In this document: one piece after another, positions 40,930 through 50,302 of the stretch | Layout: every line of letters begins with the position of its first letter | How positions within the stretch are numbered: position 1 is the stretch's first letter | Source of the DNA: Candidatus Scalinduaceae bacterium | GTDB taxonomy: Bacteria > Planctomycetota > Brocadiia > Brocadiales > Scalinduaceae | DNA: 64,000 nt | Assembly (NCBI GenBank): GCA_046759445.1 | Contig: JBHICG010000009.1 | Span: 10,927-74,926, forward strand | Direction of reading: 5' to 3' | Program-made: the position numbers and the translations under genes | Notes under the pieces: model-generated | What the model was told of the DNA's origin: nothing | The model's database searches: none | What the model saw: only the letters and a program-made list of their open reading frames with translations

Positions 40930-43026
40930 CTATTTCTCCTTTCCATTATTATCCAGCTCCGAGACGATATTTGCTAATTTCTCTAAATCCTTGTCTGCCA
41001 TTTCTAACTTTTTCGCCTTGACAATCAATTGTCTTTGTAATCTTTTCTGAAAGGTTATATCCTTAGTTAAAAGCACAAAACTATGTATTTCATCTCTTTC
41101 ATCCCTAATGGGGTAGGTATATGCAAGAAAGACTCCATCTAAATTAGGGGCATTCACTTCTCCAATCTCTGGTTTTTGGGTTGTTGTACTTTTTGCAAGT
41201 GGGCAACTTTGCCAATGCTTATCATTGCAATGAAATAACTCATTGCATCTCATATTAGACAATTGTTCTTTGTTAATGCTAAATCTTTTTAAAAACGCCT
41301 TGTTTGCATTGAGGATCCTAAAATCCTTGTCGTGAATAGTTATAATATCCGTAATTGCATCAAATGTATTCTGCCATTCGTCTCTACTCCTCTTCACTTC
41401 TAGAAAAAGTTGAGTGTTCTTCTCGTTTGATTTCTTGAGTTTGTTCATCATTAAATTAAACGATTCTGCCAATTCTTTTATTTCACCCTTCATTTTAGTA
41501 ATCACTATTGGATGATCTAAATCACTCTTTACTATCCTTTGAGTTCCTTCTAATAATTTCTTGATACATTTTGCTATCCCATTGGAAAGAAATACGGCAA
41601 TCACTACTATAGCCATAATGCCAATAATCCCCATAGTAATGATGACGTTTCTTAAACGCACTATAGGAGCAAATGCTTCTGAGACATCCTTTTCCGCTAA
41701 TATAATCCAATCCATTTCTTTAAAATATATAGAGACACCAAGTATAGGAATGCCTCTATAGTCAGGATATATGCCAATCATCCCAACTCCATTATCTAGT
41801 GCAGACCGAACACCTTCTGTATTAACAACCTTTTTAAGGATAACATCTTTTATAAATCTTGATTCGGTAATCATTAATTTATCTCTATTGACAACGTATA
41901 ATTCTCCTGTCTCTCCCAGTCCTTCCTGCTGCATTAATTCACTAAATTCTTCCGAAATTCCACTTTGAGTAATTCTCCTAACGATATCACCGCTGTAACG
42001 ATTAATGATTATGCCTATTGGCCTCATCCCATCCTTAATGGCAAGGAATCTTAAAACCTCGAATGTATTTTCATTAAATTCTGGAGAGTAATGTATATCA
42101 CTAATAATTGAAGAGCCTCTTGCCCTTATTTTTAAAAAAGACGATTCGCTTGAGATATCCCGGCCTATCTGGCCAATCTCAGAGGAACAGATTACTTTAC
42201 CATTAAGATTAGTGACATACACCTCGAGAATATCAGGATCAAGGGGCTTCTTATATGTAGAAAGATAGGCATTTAATTGGTATATATAATAATTAATCCT
42301 ATCTTCTGTCATTTCTAACTCTTCTGTGTAATCCCTGATATAGCTATCAGAGCTAAGTTCCCTTATATGGGCTTTATTTTTGGCTATTATTAATGGAAAA
42401 TAATTCACTTCGGTCTCTCGTTGCGCTGTTACACTACCTTGCTTTCTATCATATCCTTGTTCAGCCTTGATTCGACTAACAATGACCCCTATAGGCTGCT
42501 GTTCAGCACGGCTTAAGATTACTGTAGAAAAATCAATTACGACTCCACTTAAACGTCTATCATAATGTGGCCCATCAGCAAACGCTCTTAATGGTTCTGC
42601 TTTTGAGAAATATTCTTCACTAGATAAGTCTCCACCTATTCTGCTTTCGTTTGTAGAAGCAATTACTCTACCATTAAGGTTAATAATAAATACCTCAATA
42701 ATGCTTGGGTCTAGAGACTTCTTTTTTGTAATAAGATATGTATTAATGTTGGCGGTGTAATGATTCTTCTTTCTTTCTTTTTTGATAAGTTTCTCTGTGA
42801 TGTCTCTTATGAAATTATCAGAACTAAAATCATGGACACGATCTCTTTTTCCTCGTAAGAAAACATGTATTTTATTCTGCAATTCGTCAGCAGCTATTTT
42901 TAATTGATTGAAGATATTTTGCTCCACCGTGTTTCTAACATAGAAATAACAGATTGATATCGAGACGGTTGCAATTAAAATAGAAGGAATTAAAAACCAG
43001 AGTAATATTTTGTTTTTTATAGTCAT
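40930..43026 (-). CDS. Large Cache-HAMP-PAS membrane sensor lacking a kinase domain
   Basis: LGETGELYVVN, YPDYRGIPILG, WIILAEKD; C-terminal HAMP-PAS region duplicated with 38871-40541. Confidence 0.8.
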   Translation of the reverse strand: MTIKNKILLWFLIPSILIATVSISICYFYVRNTVEQNIFNQLKIAADELQNKIHVFLRGKRDRVHDFSSDNFIRDITEKLIKKERKKNHYTANINTYLITKKKSLDPSIIEVFIINLNGRVIASTNESRIGGDLSSEEYFSKAEPLRAFADGPHYDRRLSGVVIDFSTVILSRAEQQPIGVIVSRIKAEQGYDRKQGSVTAQRETEVNYFPLIIAKNKAHIRELSSDSYIRDYTEELEMTEDRINYYIYQLNAYLSTYKKPLDPDILEVYVTNLNGKVICSSEIGQIGRDISSESSFLKIRARGSSIISDIHYSPEFNENTFEVLRFLAIKDGMRPIGIIINRYSGDIVRRITQSGISEEFSELMQQEGLGETGELYVVNRDKLMITESRFIKDVILKKVVNTEGVRSALDNGVGMIGIYPDYRGIPILGVSIYFKEMDWIILAEKDVSEAFAPIVRLRNVIITMGIIGIMAIVVIAVFLSNGIAKCIKKLLEGTQRIVKSDLDHPIVITKMKGEIKELAESFNLMMNKLKKSNEKNTQLFLEVKRSRDEWQNTFDAITDIITIHDKDFRILNANKAFLKRFSINKEQLSNMRCNELFHCNDKHWQSCPLAKSTTTQKPEIGEVNAPNLDGVFLAYTYPIRDERDEIHSFVLLTKDITFQKRLQRQLIVKAKKLEMADKDLEKLANIVSELDNNGKEK

Positions 43027-43033
43027 TTCTCGA

Positions 43034-43408
43034 TCATAAGAAAAAATTCGGTTTTGCTATAAAACCGTTAGCTCCATTTTTATAAGCCTCAGTAACTGTT
43101 TTTTTGTCATAACTCGTTGATACAACAAACACAGGGATTGAACGAAACTTTCTGTGGCCTTTAATAAATTTAAGGACTTCCAACCCTTTAACTTTTGGCA
43201 AATTAATATCCAATATAATCAATTCTATCTTAGAAATTTTCCCGTCATCTCCATTTGTGTAAATTTTCTTAAAGTAATTTATGGCCTCCTTGCCATTTTT
43301 AATAGAGATAATTTCGTTTTTATTGTCCTTTGCCTTAAGTTCTTCAATAATTAACTCAACATGGTCTGAATTATCGTCTATTATCAGGGTTTTCTTCCTC
43401 AAAGGCAT
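43034..43408 (-). CDS. Single-domain response regulator, C-terminally short
   Basis: ATG 43408 after AAGGAG; IIDDN, ILDINLPKVKG, VSTS, GANGFIAKP followed by only NFFL*. Confidence 0.8.
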   Translation of the reverse strand: MPLRKKTLIIDDNSDHVELIIEELKAKDNKNEIISIKNGKEAINYFKKIYTNGDDGKISKIELIILDINLPKVKGLEVLKFIKGHRKFRSIPVFVVSTSYDKKTVTEAYKNGANGFIAKPNFFL

Positions 43409-43549
43409 ACTCCTTTTTATGCTATTTTTTTTTGATATTGTAAATATGATCTTTGATCTATTCACTGTGAAGTTCAACAATCTTTTAGATAGTTCCTCAC
43501 ATTTTCCACTTACTTCTTTTTATGCCATCGAAATACCTTACAGGTTTTT

Positions 43550-43915
43550 CTATCCGATCTTTGCTTTGACTTCTTCAATCAATTTTTCTCTCGTAAAAGT
43601 TTTATCAAGACACACAAGGTTTTTATCTATCTTCCTTAGGTCTTTATAGTCACGCTGTGGGTGGTTGCTGGCTATAATAATTGGAATATCCTCGTATTCC
43701 TGCATACCCTTTAAGTATAGGAAGAATGTATCTCCCGTCATCATATCTAATGAGATATCAAGGATAATCAAATCAGGCTTCATTTCTTCCAGTTTTAACA
43801 ATGCTTCATCTCCATCATAGGCATGAATTATTCCATAACCTGTGCCCTCTAGCATCTCCGAATAAAGTTCATGAAATGACTTTTCATCTTCTACTATCAT
43901 TATGTTTTTATTCAT
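43550..43915 (-). CDS. Single-domain response regulator
   Basis: IMIVEDE, PDLIILDISL, IIIAS, DK; GGAGG RBS. Confidence 0.88.
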   Translation of the reverse strand: MNKNIMIVEDEKSFHELYSEMLEGTGYGIIHAYDGDEALLKLEEMKPDLIILDISLDMMTGDTFFLYLKGMQEYEDIPIIIASNHPQRDYKDLRKIDKNLVCLDKTFTREKLIEEVKAKIG

Positions 43916-44344
43916 TATTTTTACACCTCCTTCACATTTATAAAAATTAATTTTATGCCTTAGATTTACGAAACCCTGTCAGCAAGAATATTCACTTTTG
44001 TCCCTATAATAAAATCAAAACCTCCCTGAGTAGCTTGTTTGCAGTCAGTGTGAAAGTGCCACTCTTTCTTTCACGAGAAATGTAATTTACGTTTAATTCT
44101 AATAATTCGCGGCTATCCAAAGGTCATAAATGCTTTTTAATGACATCGATCGCTTAGGATTTTAAATTATTTAGTCTCTGCTGGTTCAATTGCCGTCTTC
44201 CTGCAATGGAGAGATGCGACCCCCTTCCATACATGACAGTTTAAACCAGCAGATGGAGTGTTTCAAGGATATTATTTTGTACAACATCTGTTAACTCTTT
44301 GTGAAAATTATGGATTTTTTATTGCCAAAACCAAAAGCTAATAG

Positions 44345-44360
44345 AGCAAAAACAATACCA
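44345..44360 (-). promoter_or_regulatory. Sigma54 (-24/-12) promoter candidate
   Basis: Minus strand TGGTATTGTTTTTGCT: GG-N10-GC with TTGCT, pointing into the signalling island. Confidence 0.6.
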
Positions 44361-44440
44361 ATATTTTTTTTAAGGATGGGAGATTTATAAGTATCTGTAA
44401 AATATAAAGATAAATTTCTGACTAGATTTCAATTTGATAA

Positions 44441-44485
44441 TTTGTTACAGACCCGTAACAAATTTTGTTATAAATCCATAACAAA
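44441..44485. promoter_or_regulatory. Tandem palindromic enhancer (UAS) candidate
   Basis: TTTGTTAC-N6-GTAACAAA (44441-44462) and TTTGTTAT-N6-ATAACAAA (44464-44485), 80-125 bp upstream of the sigma54 site. Confidence 0.6.
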
Positions 44486-44980
44486 TAACGTAGCGTATAA
44501 TATTTTGAATATGAGTTTTATCAATTATGAGATGTTATATACGAAAGGAAAAATACTTATGGGGGAGTGAATATCCTAGTAAATAAATATTAAGCAATCG
44601 CTGTTTAAAATATACAGGGACAAGTTTTGGTAAAAAAATGAGTGTTAGGCATTGGAGCTCCTACGCCTGTACAAAGGTATGCGATTAAGCCCTTTAGGGT
44701 TTATGTGGATTTTATCCTTCAGGATTTAATTCTCATCAAATAGTCAAATAAAAGGCTAAAGCCTAAATTCCACTTACGACTTGTTCAGCTTTGTGAAAGG
44801 AAACAATGAGTAATGTATGCATAGGCAATCAGAAACTGTCTGTGTTTTTCGATATGGTGGAGATTATGAGGGATTACTCTGTAAACTCTTAGGTTTGATT
44901 TGCAACTTTATATTTAACCATTCGCAATCACTTTCTACTGTCAATTGCTAAACGTATCTTTGGTTACGGTTACATCGTCG

Positions 44981-46474
44981 TTATGATTTAATCATTTCTT
45001 TCCAGTTTATGCCAAGCACATATATACGCTGTCTCATATTATTTTCCGTAATGCCAAACAGATCTGCCATATCCCGATATTTGAGACTGTTATTTTTTTT
45101 ATCATTTTTAAGTCTACTTATACATCTTTGTAGTATTTCCTTCTGCCAATCTTTATGAGTATATTTTTTTATATATTCATTCCATTTGTCTTTCCCCCGC
45201 CACTTTTTCTCAAATATTTCATCTATGAGTTTTTCAATATCGAATGGGGGCTTATGTTTATTTTCCTTAACATCAATATCAAAATAGTCAGTTAACAAAA
45301 TATTAGAATCACCAGCGTCAATCATGGCGCGGCGCACTGAATTTTCAAATTCTCTTATGTTTCCAGGCCATTCACATTCGCTTAATAAATCCAGAACATC
45401 AGGCCTCAAATAATCTTTTTCTCCTTTTTTCGACTCAATAAGAATATTCTTATCATCTTCTTCTTTGAATTTTCTTATAAAGTAAGCAAGCAATTCAGGA
45501 ATATCTTCTTTCCTTTCTCTCAAAGGAGGAAGATGAATCTTATACTGGATTAAACGATGAAAAAGATCTTCCCTAAAACTACCAATTTTTATTAAGTCCT
45601 CAATGTTCTTATTTGTTGCCGTAAGAACTCTAACATCAACCTTGATATCTCTATTCCCCTTCATCCTTCGAACTGTTTTTTCCTGCAAGACCCTTAAAAG
45701 CTGACCTTGCACTTCAAGTGATGCGTCACCTATTTCATCAATAAATACAGTCCCACCTATAGCTTCTTCAAATATTCCTTCGTGGCTACTTTCCGCACCC
45801 GTAAAAGCACCCCTTTCATGTCCAAAAAGTTCACTTATAAGCATATTTTCTTTCGAAAAATCAGTACAACTTTTTGATACATATTTTCCATGACTTCTTT
45901 TACTCTTGTCTTTAATTGCCCTCGCCACCAACCCTTTTCCAACACCACTCTCACCCGTAATAAGAATTGTTGCATTCGTAGAGGCAACATTTAAGATATC
46001 CATACAAACCTTTTTCATAGCTTCCGTTTTACCTATAACAAAATCAAACTCCTTTTGCAAAGACTCCATAGTTGCGTCTGATTTTTTTATGGCTCTCCTA
46101 ATCTTCTCTGAGAACTCACTATACACATCGTCAGTACCTGATTTAAGCTGGTCCTTGGCATAGGCAAAAGCGCAACCGGAATAGTCTTCAAGCTTGAAAT
46201 CCTCTTCTGTCACTGTATTTGTGAGCATAATAACTGTAAGTTGAGGATATTTTGCTTTAATATTTCTAAACGTTATTTTACCTTTCTTTATGTTGCCGAA
46301 ACGGATATCAAGCAAAACGGCATTTGGCTTAAAAACATTTATCATCTTTAAAGCATTTTCTGCCTTTGTCTCATACTCAACTTCAAAGCCATTTTCTTGA
46401 AGTCCTGATTTTAGGACTTTACACCAACCCATTTCATCATCAACGAGCAATATCCTATTTTTTTTGCAATTCAA
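44981..46474 (-). CDS. Sigma54-dependent response regulator (NtrC/bEBP family)
   Basis: Receiver (LVDDE, VLLDI), GESGVGK, intact [31 protein letters not shown]-terminal HTH-like region. Confidence 0.93.
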   Translation of the reverse strand: MNCKKNRILLVDDEMGWCKVLKSGLQENGFEVEYETKAENALKMINVFKPNAVLLDIRFGNIKKGKITFRNIKAKYPQLTVIMLTNTVTEEDFKLEDYSGCAFAYAKDQLKSGTDDVYSEFSEKIRRAIKKSDATMESLQKEFDFVIGKTEAMKKVCMDILNVASTNATILITGESGVGKGLVARAIKDKSKRSHGKYVSKSCTDFSKENMLISELFGHERGAFTGAESSHEGIFEEAIGGTVFIDEIGDASLEVQGQLLRVLQEKTVRRMKGNRDIKVDVRVLTATNKNIEDLIKIGSFREDLFHRLIQYKIHLPPLRERKEDIPELLAYFIRKFKEEDDKNILIESKKGEKDYLRPDVLDLLSECEWPGNIREFENSVRRAMIDAGDSNILLTDYFDIDVKENKHKPPFDIEKLIDEIFEKKWRGKDKWNEYIKKYTHKDWQKEILQRCISRLKNDKKNNSLKYRDMADLFGITENNMRQRIYVLGINWKEMIKS

Positions 46475-46925
46475 ACTTTATTGCCTCCAATTTATTTATT
46501 ATATCTTTAAGAAGTCTTATCATGCTATCTCCATTCTCCAAGGCAGTATTCTTGTCTTTTTCAGAATACTCATTTGAATCATAAACAATATCATAAATGG
46601 TTTTATAATAATAATCCACCTCAAATAGTTGTCTAACGACATCTGTATATACATCTCTTGATACTTTCTCTAATATCTCTTTTCTTTTTTTTAATAACTC
46701 AATTTCTTTATCTATTCGACATTTTCCGGTTACAACAATAACGTCTCTCATATTTGCCCATCTTTTTTCTATTACCTTTGCATCAGCAATTTTAAGCCGA
46801 TTTATACTGGATGCGCTAAACCCCAGGATATTATTTAATCTATGGTTTAAAGTTTTTATGTTCTCAATATCCTCTTTTTTTGCCAGGGATTTATCTAAAG
46901 ATTTTTCAATATTTGTGGTCATCAT
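46455..46925 (-). CDS. Hypothetical helical protein with an H-box-like motif
   Basis: 156 aa, overlaps the bEBP start by 20 nt; LNHRLNNILG. Confidence 0.55.
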   Translation of the reverse strand: MMTTNIEKSLDKSLAKKEDIENIKTLNHRLNNILGFSASSINRLKIADAKVIEKRWANMRDVIVVTGKCRIDKEIELLKKRKEILEKVSRDVYTDVVRQLFEVDYYYKTIYDIVYDSNEYSEKDKNTALENGDSMIRLLKDIINKLEAIKFELQKK

Positions 46926-47028
46926 GAAAACTATTATTTTCTAATTCATATATGATGTTGTTTATACTCAGATCTCTTTTATCTAAAATTCAATATTTAT
47001 ATAGCTTATGAATGGGGAGCCAGTTACT

Positions 47029-47316
47029 TTATGGTATATAACCCCTTCTAATAAGTTCTTGACTCATAACCTCTAATTCTTTTTTAAGTCTGTTTATTTT
47101 ATCAATGTCTCGACTACTATACTCAGTACCAACATACTCGTTGGGATTTCGTTGTTTAGGGTTGTAACTACCTTCACGTTTTACCATATAAAGCTTAAGG
47201 TCAGTGGCATAATATTTATCTATTAACTCTTTATCAGTTAGTTTTTCTACAGGTTTCAGCGCAGAACATGCATAAATCATAAATGGTATCAGGATAGTTA
47301 TAATTGTTTTTTTCAT
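47029..47316 (-). CDS. Putative lipoprotein
   Basis: MKKTIITILIPFMIYA-C lipobox-like signal. Confidence 0.6.
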   Translation of the reverse strand: MKKTIITILIPFMIYACSALKPVEKLTDKELIDKYYATDLKLYMVKREGSYNPKQRNPNEYVGTEYSSRDIDKINRLKKELEVMSQELIRRGYIP

Positions 47317-47513
47317 TCCCACTTAGGAAATGTTATACAATTTTGCTTATAATTTCAACCTGAAATAGTAAATGAGTAAACCTTAATAATTATGATTTAC
47401 TCTTTATATATCTTTCCATCACAACTTGCAAGATTCTCTTTAATTTTTTACTATTACAATAAACAAATTTTTTGATATTATTAATCGATAACATTATTCA
47501 ATAAATAGAATAT

Positions 47514-48773
47514 ATGGAACTAATGGAAAGATATGCAAGTGCAGTCCGTGATAATGTAAATGAATGGATTAAAGATGTAAAAGACGTAAATGTCCTCGTG
47601 GGAATACCCTGTTATAATAATGAAGATACGATATCCCACGTAGTATCAACGGCAGCCAAGGGATTAAGGGCGTATTTCCATGATAATAAGAGCGCTCTAT
47701 TTGTCTCTGATGGTGGATCTACTGACGATACACGTGAAAAGGCATATACCGCTACAATCCCGGAAGGGTTTCACAGAAGGGTTTCAATATATCGTGGTAT
47801 GCCAGGGAAAGGCACCTCATTCAGGGCAGTATTTGAAGTAGCAAAGTTTTTAAAAGCAGATTGTTGTATTGTGATTGATTCGGATTTACGAAGCATTACA
47901 CCAGAATGGATAAAACTTCTTGCCGAGCCTGTCCTTAACAAAAGCGCAGGGTTTGTAGCACCGTCTTATATAAGACACAAACATGATGGTACAATTACCA
48001 ACAATATTGTTTATCCTATGACAAGAGCCCTTTATGGATTACGAATGAGACAACCAATAGGTGGCGATTTTGGTTTCAGCGGAGAATTAGCAGACCTGTA
48101 CACAAAAGAAAACGTGTGGGATACAGATGTAGCTCGATATGGCATTGATATATGGATGAGCACTACAGCCATAAACGAGGGTTTTAAGATAGTACAGGCG
48201 CAGTTACGTACAAAGGTGCATGATGCAAAGGACCCGGTTGCCCATTTAGGAGGCATGTTCAGGGAGGTCGTTAGTACTTTATTTTACCTTATGGGCAAAT
48301 ACGAATCTAAATGGAGAACCATAAAAGGCAGCACTCCCGTTGAAACAATAGGGGAGCCAAAAGAAGTAGCCAAGATAGAACCCGTATCTGTAAATTTAAG
48401 CAAACTGGAAATAGAATTTTTGGAGGGTTTCTATCACTTTAATCCACTCTATAAGCAAATTATAGAGCCAGAAAGTTATAACCAACTCTTCAAAAACATA
48501 CGCAAATTAAAAAAAACTGGAGAGGTTATATTTCCAACTGATTTATGGGCAAAGATATTATACGACTTTGCCTTTACTTACCAGACGTGGAGCCGAAATA
48601 GACGTAAACTTGTAGACATCTTAATACCCCTTTACTTTGGGAGAACAGCGGCATATTGCCATGAGGTCTCTGAATTGGACGCTGAGCAATCCGAAAAGGT
48701 TGTAGAAAACCAGGCAAAGGTATTTGAAGACCTCAAACCTTATTTAATCAAGAAATACGAGGCATGGGAGTAA
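47514..48773 (+). CDS. GT2 glycosyltransferase, glucosyl/mannosylglycerate synthase-like
   Basis: VGIPCYNNEDTI, DGGSTDDT, GKG, DSDLRSITPEW, RQPIGGDFG, YGIDIWMST. Confidence 0.8.
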   Translation: MELMERYASAVRDNVNEWIKDVKDVNVLVGIPCYNNEDTISHVVSTAAKGLRAYFHDNKSALFVSDGGSTDDTREKAYTATIPEGFHRRVSIYRGMPGKGTSFRAVFEVAKFLKADCCIVIDSDLRSITPEWIKLLAEPVLNKSAGFVAPSYIRHKHDGTITNNIVYPMTRALYGLRMRQPIGGDFGFSGELADLYTKENVWDTDVARYGIDIWMSTTAINEGFKIVQAQLRTKVHDAKDPVAHLGGMFREVVSTLFYLMGKYESKWRTIKGSTPVETIGEPKEVAKIEPVSVNLSKLEIEFLEGFYHFNPLYKQIIEPESYNQLFKNIRKLKKTGEVIFPTDLWAKILYDFAFTYQTWSRNRRKLVDILIPLYFGRTAAYCHEVSELDAEQSEKVVENQAKVFEDLKPYLIKKYEAWE

Positions 48774-50248
48774 AATTTAAGGTTATGTTTGTTTCTCCTG
48801 AAGTAACGCCATTTGCAAAGACTGGAGGGCTTGCTGACGTATCAGGTTCGCTCCCCACGTTTCTCAAGAAACTGGGTTGTGATGTGAGAGTTGCCTTGCC
48901 TTTCTACAGAATGGTAAAGGAGCAAAATATACCATTTGATACCATTTTTAAGGATCTCGAGGTACCCGCTAAAGGCGTTACACTTAAAGCAGGTATAAAT
49001 CAGTCTAGCCTAAATGATGATATACCAGTTTACTTCATAAAATATGATAAGTTTTTTGACAGGGAAAATCTCTACTCCACTTCCAGAGGAGATTACGCCG
49101 ATAACGCCGAACGCTTTATTTTTTTTAGCAGATCTATCTTTGAACTCTGTCGAAAAGTAAACTTTCAACCTGATATTATCCACTGTCATGAGTGGCAAAC
49201 AGGCTTAATCCCCACTTACTTAAGAACATTATATAATAATGACAAACTATTCTCAAAGACAGCAGCATTGTATAGCATACACAATATTGCTTACCAGGGA
49301 ATATTTGAAAAGGAAGTATTTGAAAAGACATGCCTTCCAAACAGGTTATTAATTAATAAAGTCATAGAATTTTATGGAAAAATAAGCTTTATGAAGGTCG
49401 GGATCATATATTCGGATATTATTAACACAGTAAGCCAAAAGTACAGCAGGGAGATACAAACTGAAGAATATGGCTGCGGTTTGCAAGATATAATTAAAGA
49501 TAGAGCAGGTGTACTTTTTGGTGTAATAAATGGTGTTGACTACAGTGAATGGAATCCTGAAACTGACAAATTCATTGTTGCTAACTACAATGCAAATGAC
49601 TTCTCTGGAAAAGTGAAATGTAAGGAAGACCTCCTTCTTCAATTCAATCTACCTATTTCGCTTAAAGAGCGTCCTCTATTAGGTATCGTATCGCGAATGG
49701 CAAAACAAAAGGGCTTTGATTTATTATCGAAAGTGATTGATGAATTGATGACATTTGATATCGTATTTGTCCTCCTTGGTATAGGTGACGAAAGGTACCA
49801 TAATCTTTTTCAAGAATATGCTCATAGATATCCTGAAAGGATAGGCGTACGTATTGCGTATGACAACAAGCTTGCCCACAAAATCGAGGCAGGAGCTGAC
49901 ATATTCTTAATGCCGTCTCGTTATGAGCCATGTGGATTGAATCAGATTTACAGTTTAAAATACGGCACCATTCCTTTAGTTCGCGCTACTGGAGGACTCG
50001 ATGATACTATAAAGGATTACTATTCAAAGGATGGCACAGGAACTGGATTTAAGTTTGATGAATATAAGGCTAGTGTATTCATCGACAAGGTCAAAGAAGC
50101 ACTATGTGTATTTGCAAATAAAGAGAAGTGGCTTCAACTGATGACAAACGCAATGTCTCAAGACTTTTCATGGGAAAGATCTGCAAGGGCATACATCGAA
50201 CTCTATAAAAAAGCCATATCAACGAGAAAAGGTTTAAAGAAAACATAG
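48764..50248 (+). CDS. glgA: Glycogen synthase
   Basis: EVTPFAKTGGLADV, DNAERF, HNIAYQG, QKG, MPSRYEPCGLNQ, TGGLDDT. Confidence 0.96.
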   Translation: MGVKFKVMFVSPEVTPFAKTGGLADVSGSLPTFLKKLGCDVRVALPFYRMVKEQNIPFDTIFKDLEVPAKGVTLKAGINQSSLNDDIPVYFIKYDKFFDRENLYSTSRGDYADNAERFIFFSRSIFELCRKVNFQPDIIHCHEWQTGLIPTYLRTLYNNDKLFSKTAALYSIHNIAYQGIFEKEVFEKTCLPNRLLINKVIEFYGKISFMKVGIIYSDIINTVSQKYSREIQTEEYGCGLQDIIKDRAGVLFGVINGVDYSEWNPETDKFIVANYNANDFSGKVKCKEDLLLQFNLPISLKERPLLGIVSRMAKQKGFDLLSKVIDELMTFDIVFVLLGIGDERYHNLFQEYAHRYPERIGVRIAYDNKLAHKIEAGADIFLMPSRYEPCGLNQIYSLKYGTIPLVRATGGLDDTIKDYYSKDGTGTGFKFDEYKASVFIDKVKEALCVFANKEKWLQLMTNAMSQDFSWERSARAYIELYKKAISTRKGLKKT

Positions 50249-50302
50249 CAATTTCATAACAGAATTTTTTGATACTAATGTGCTTATCATACGTATAAGC
50301 GG

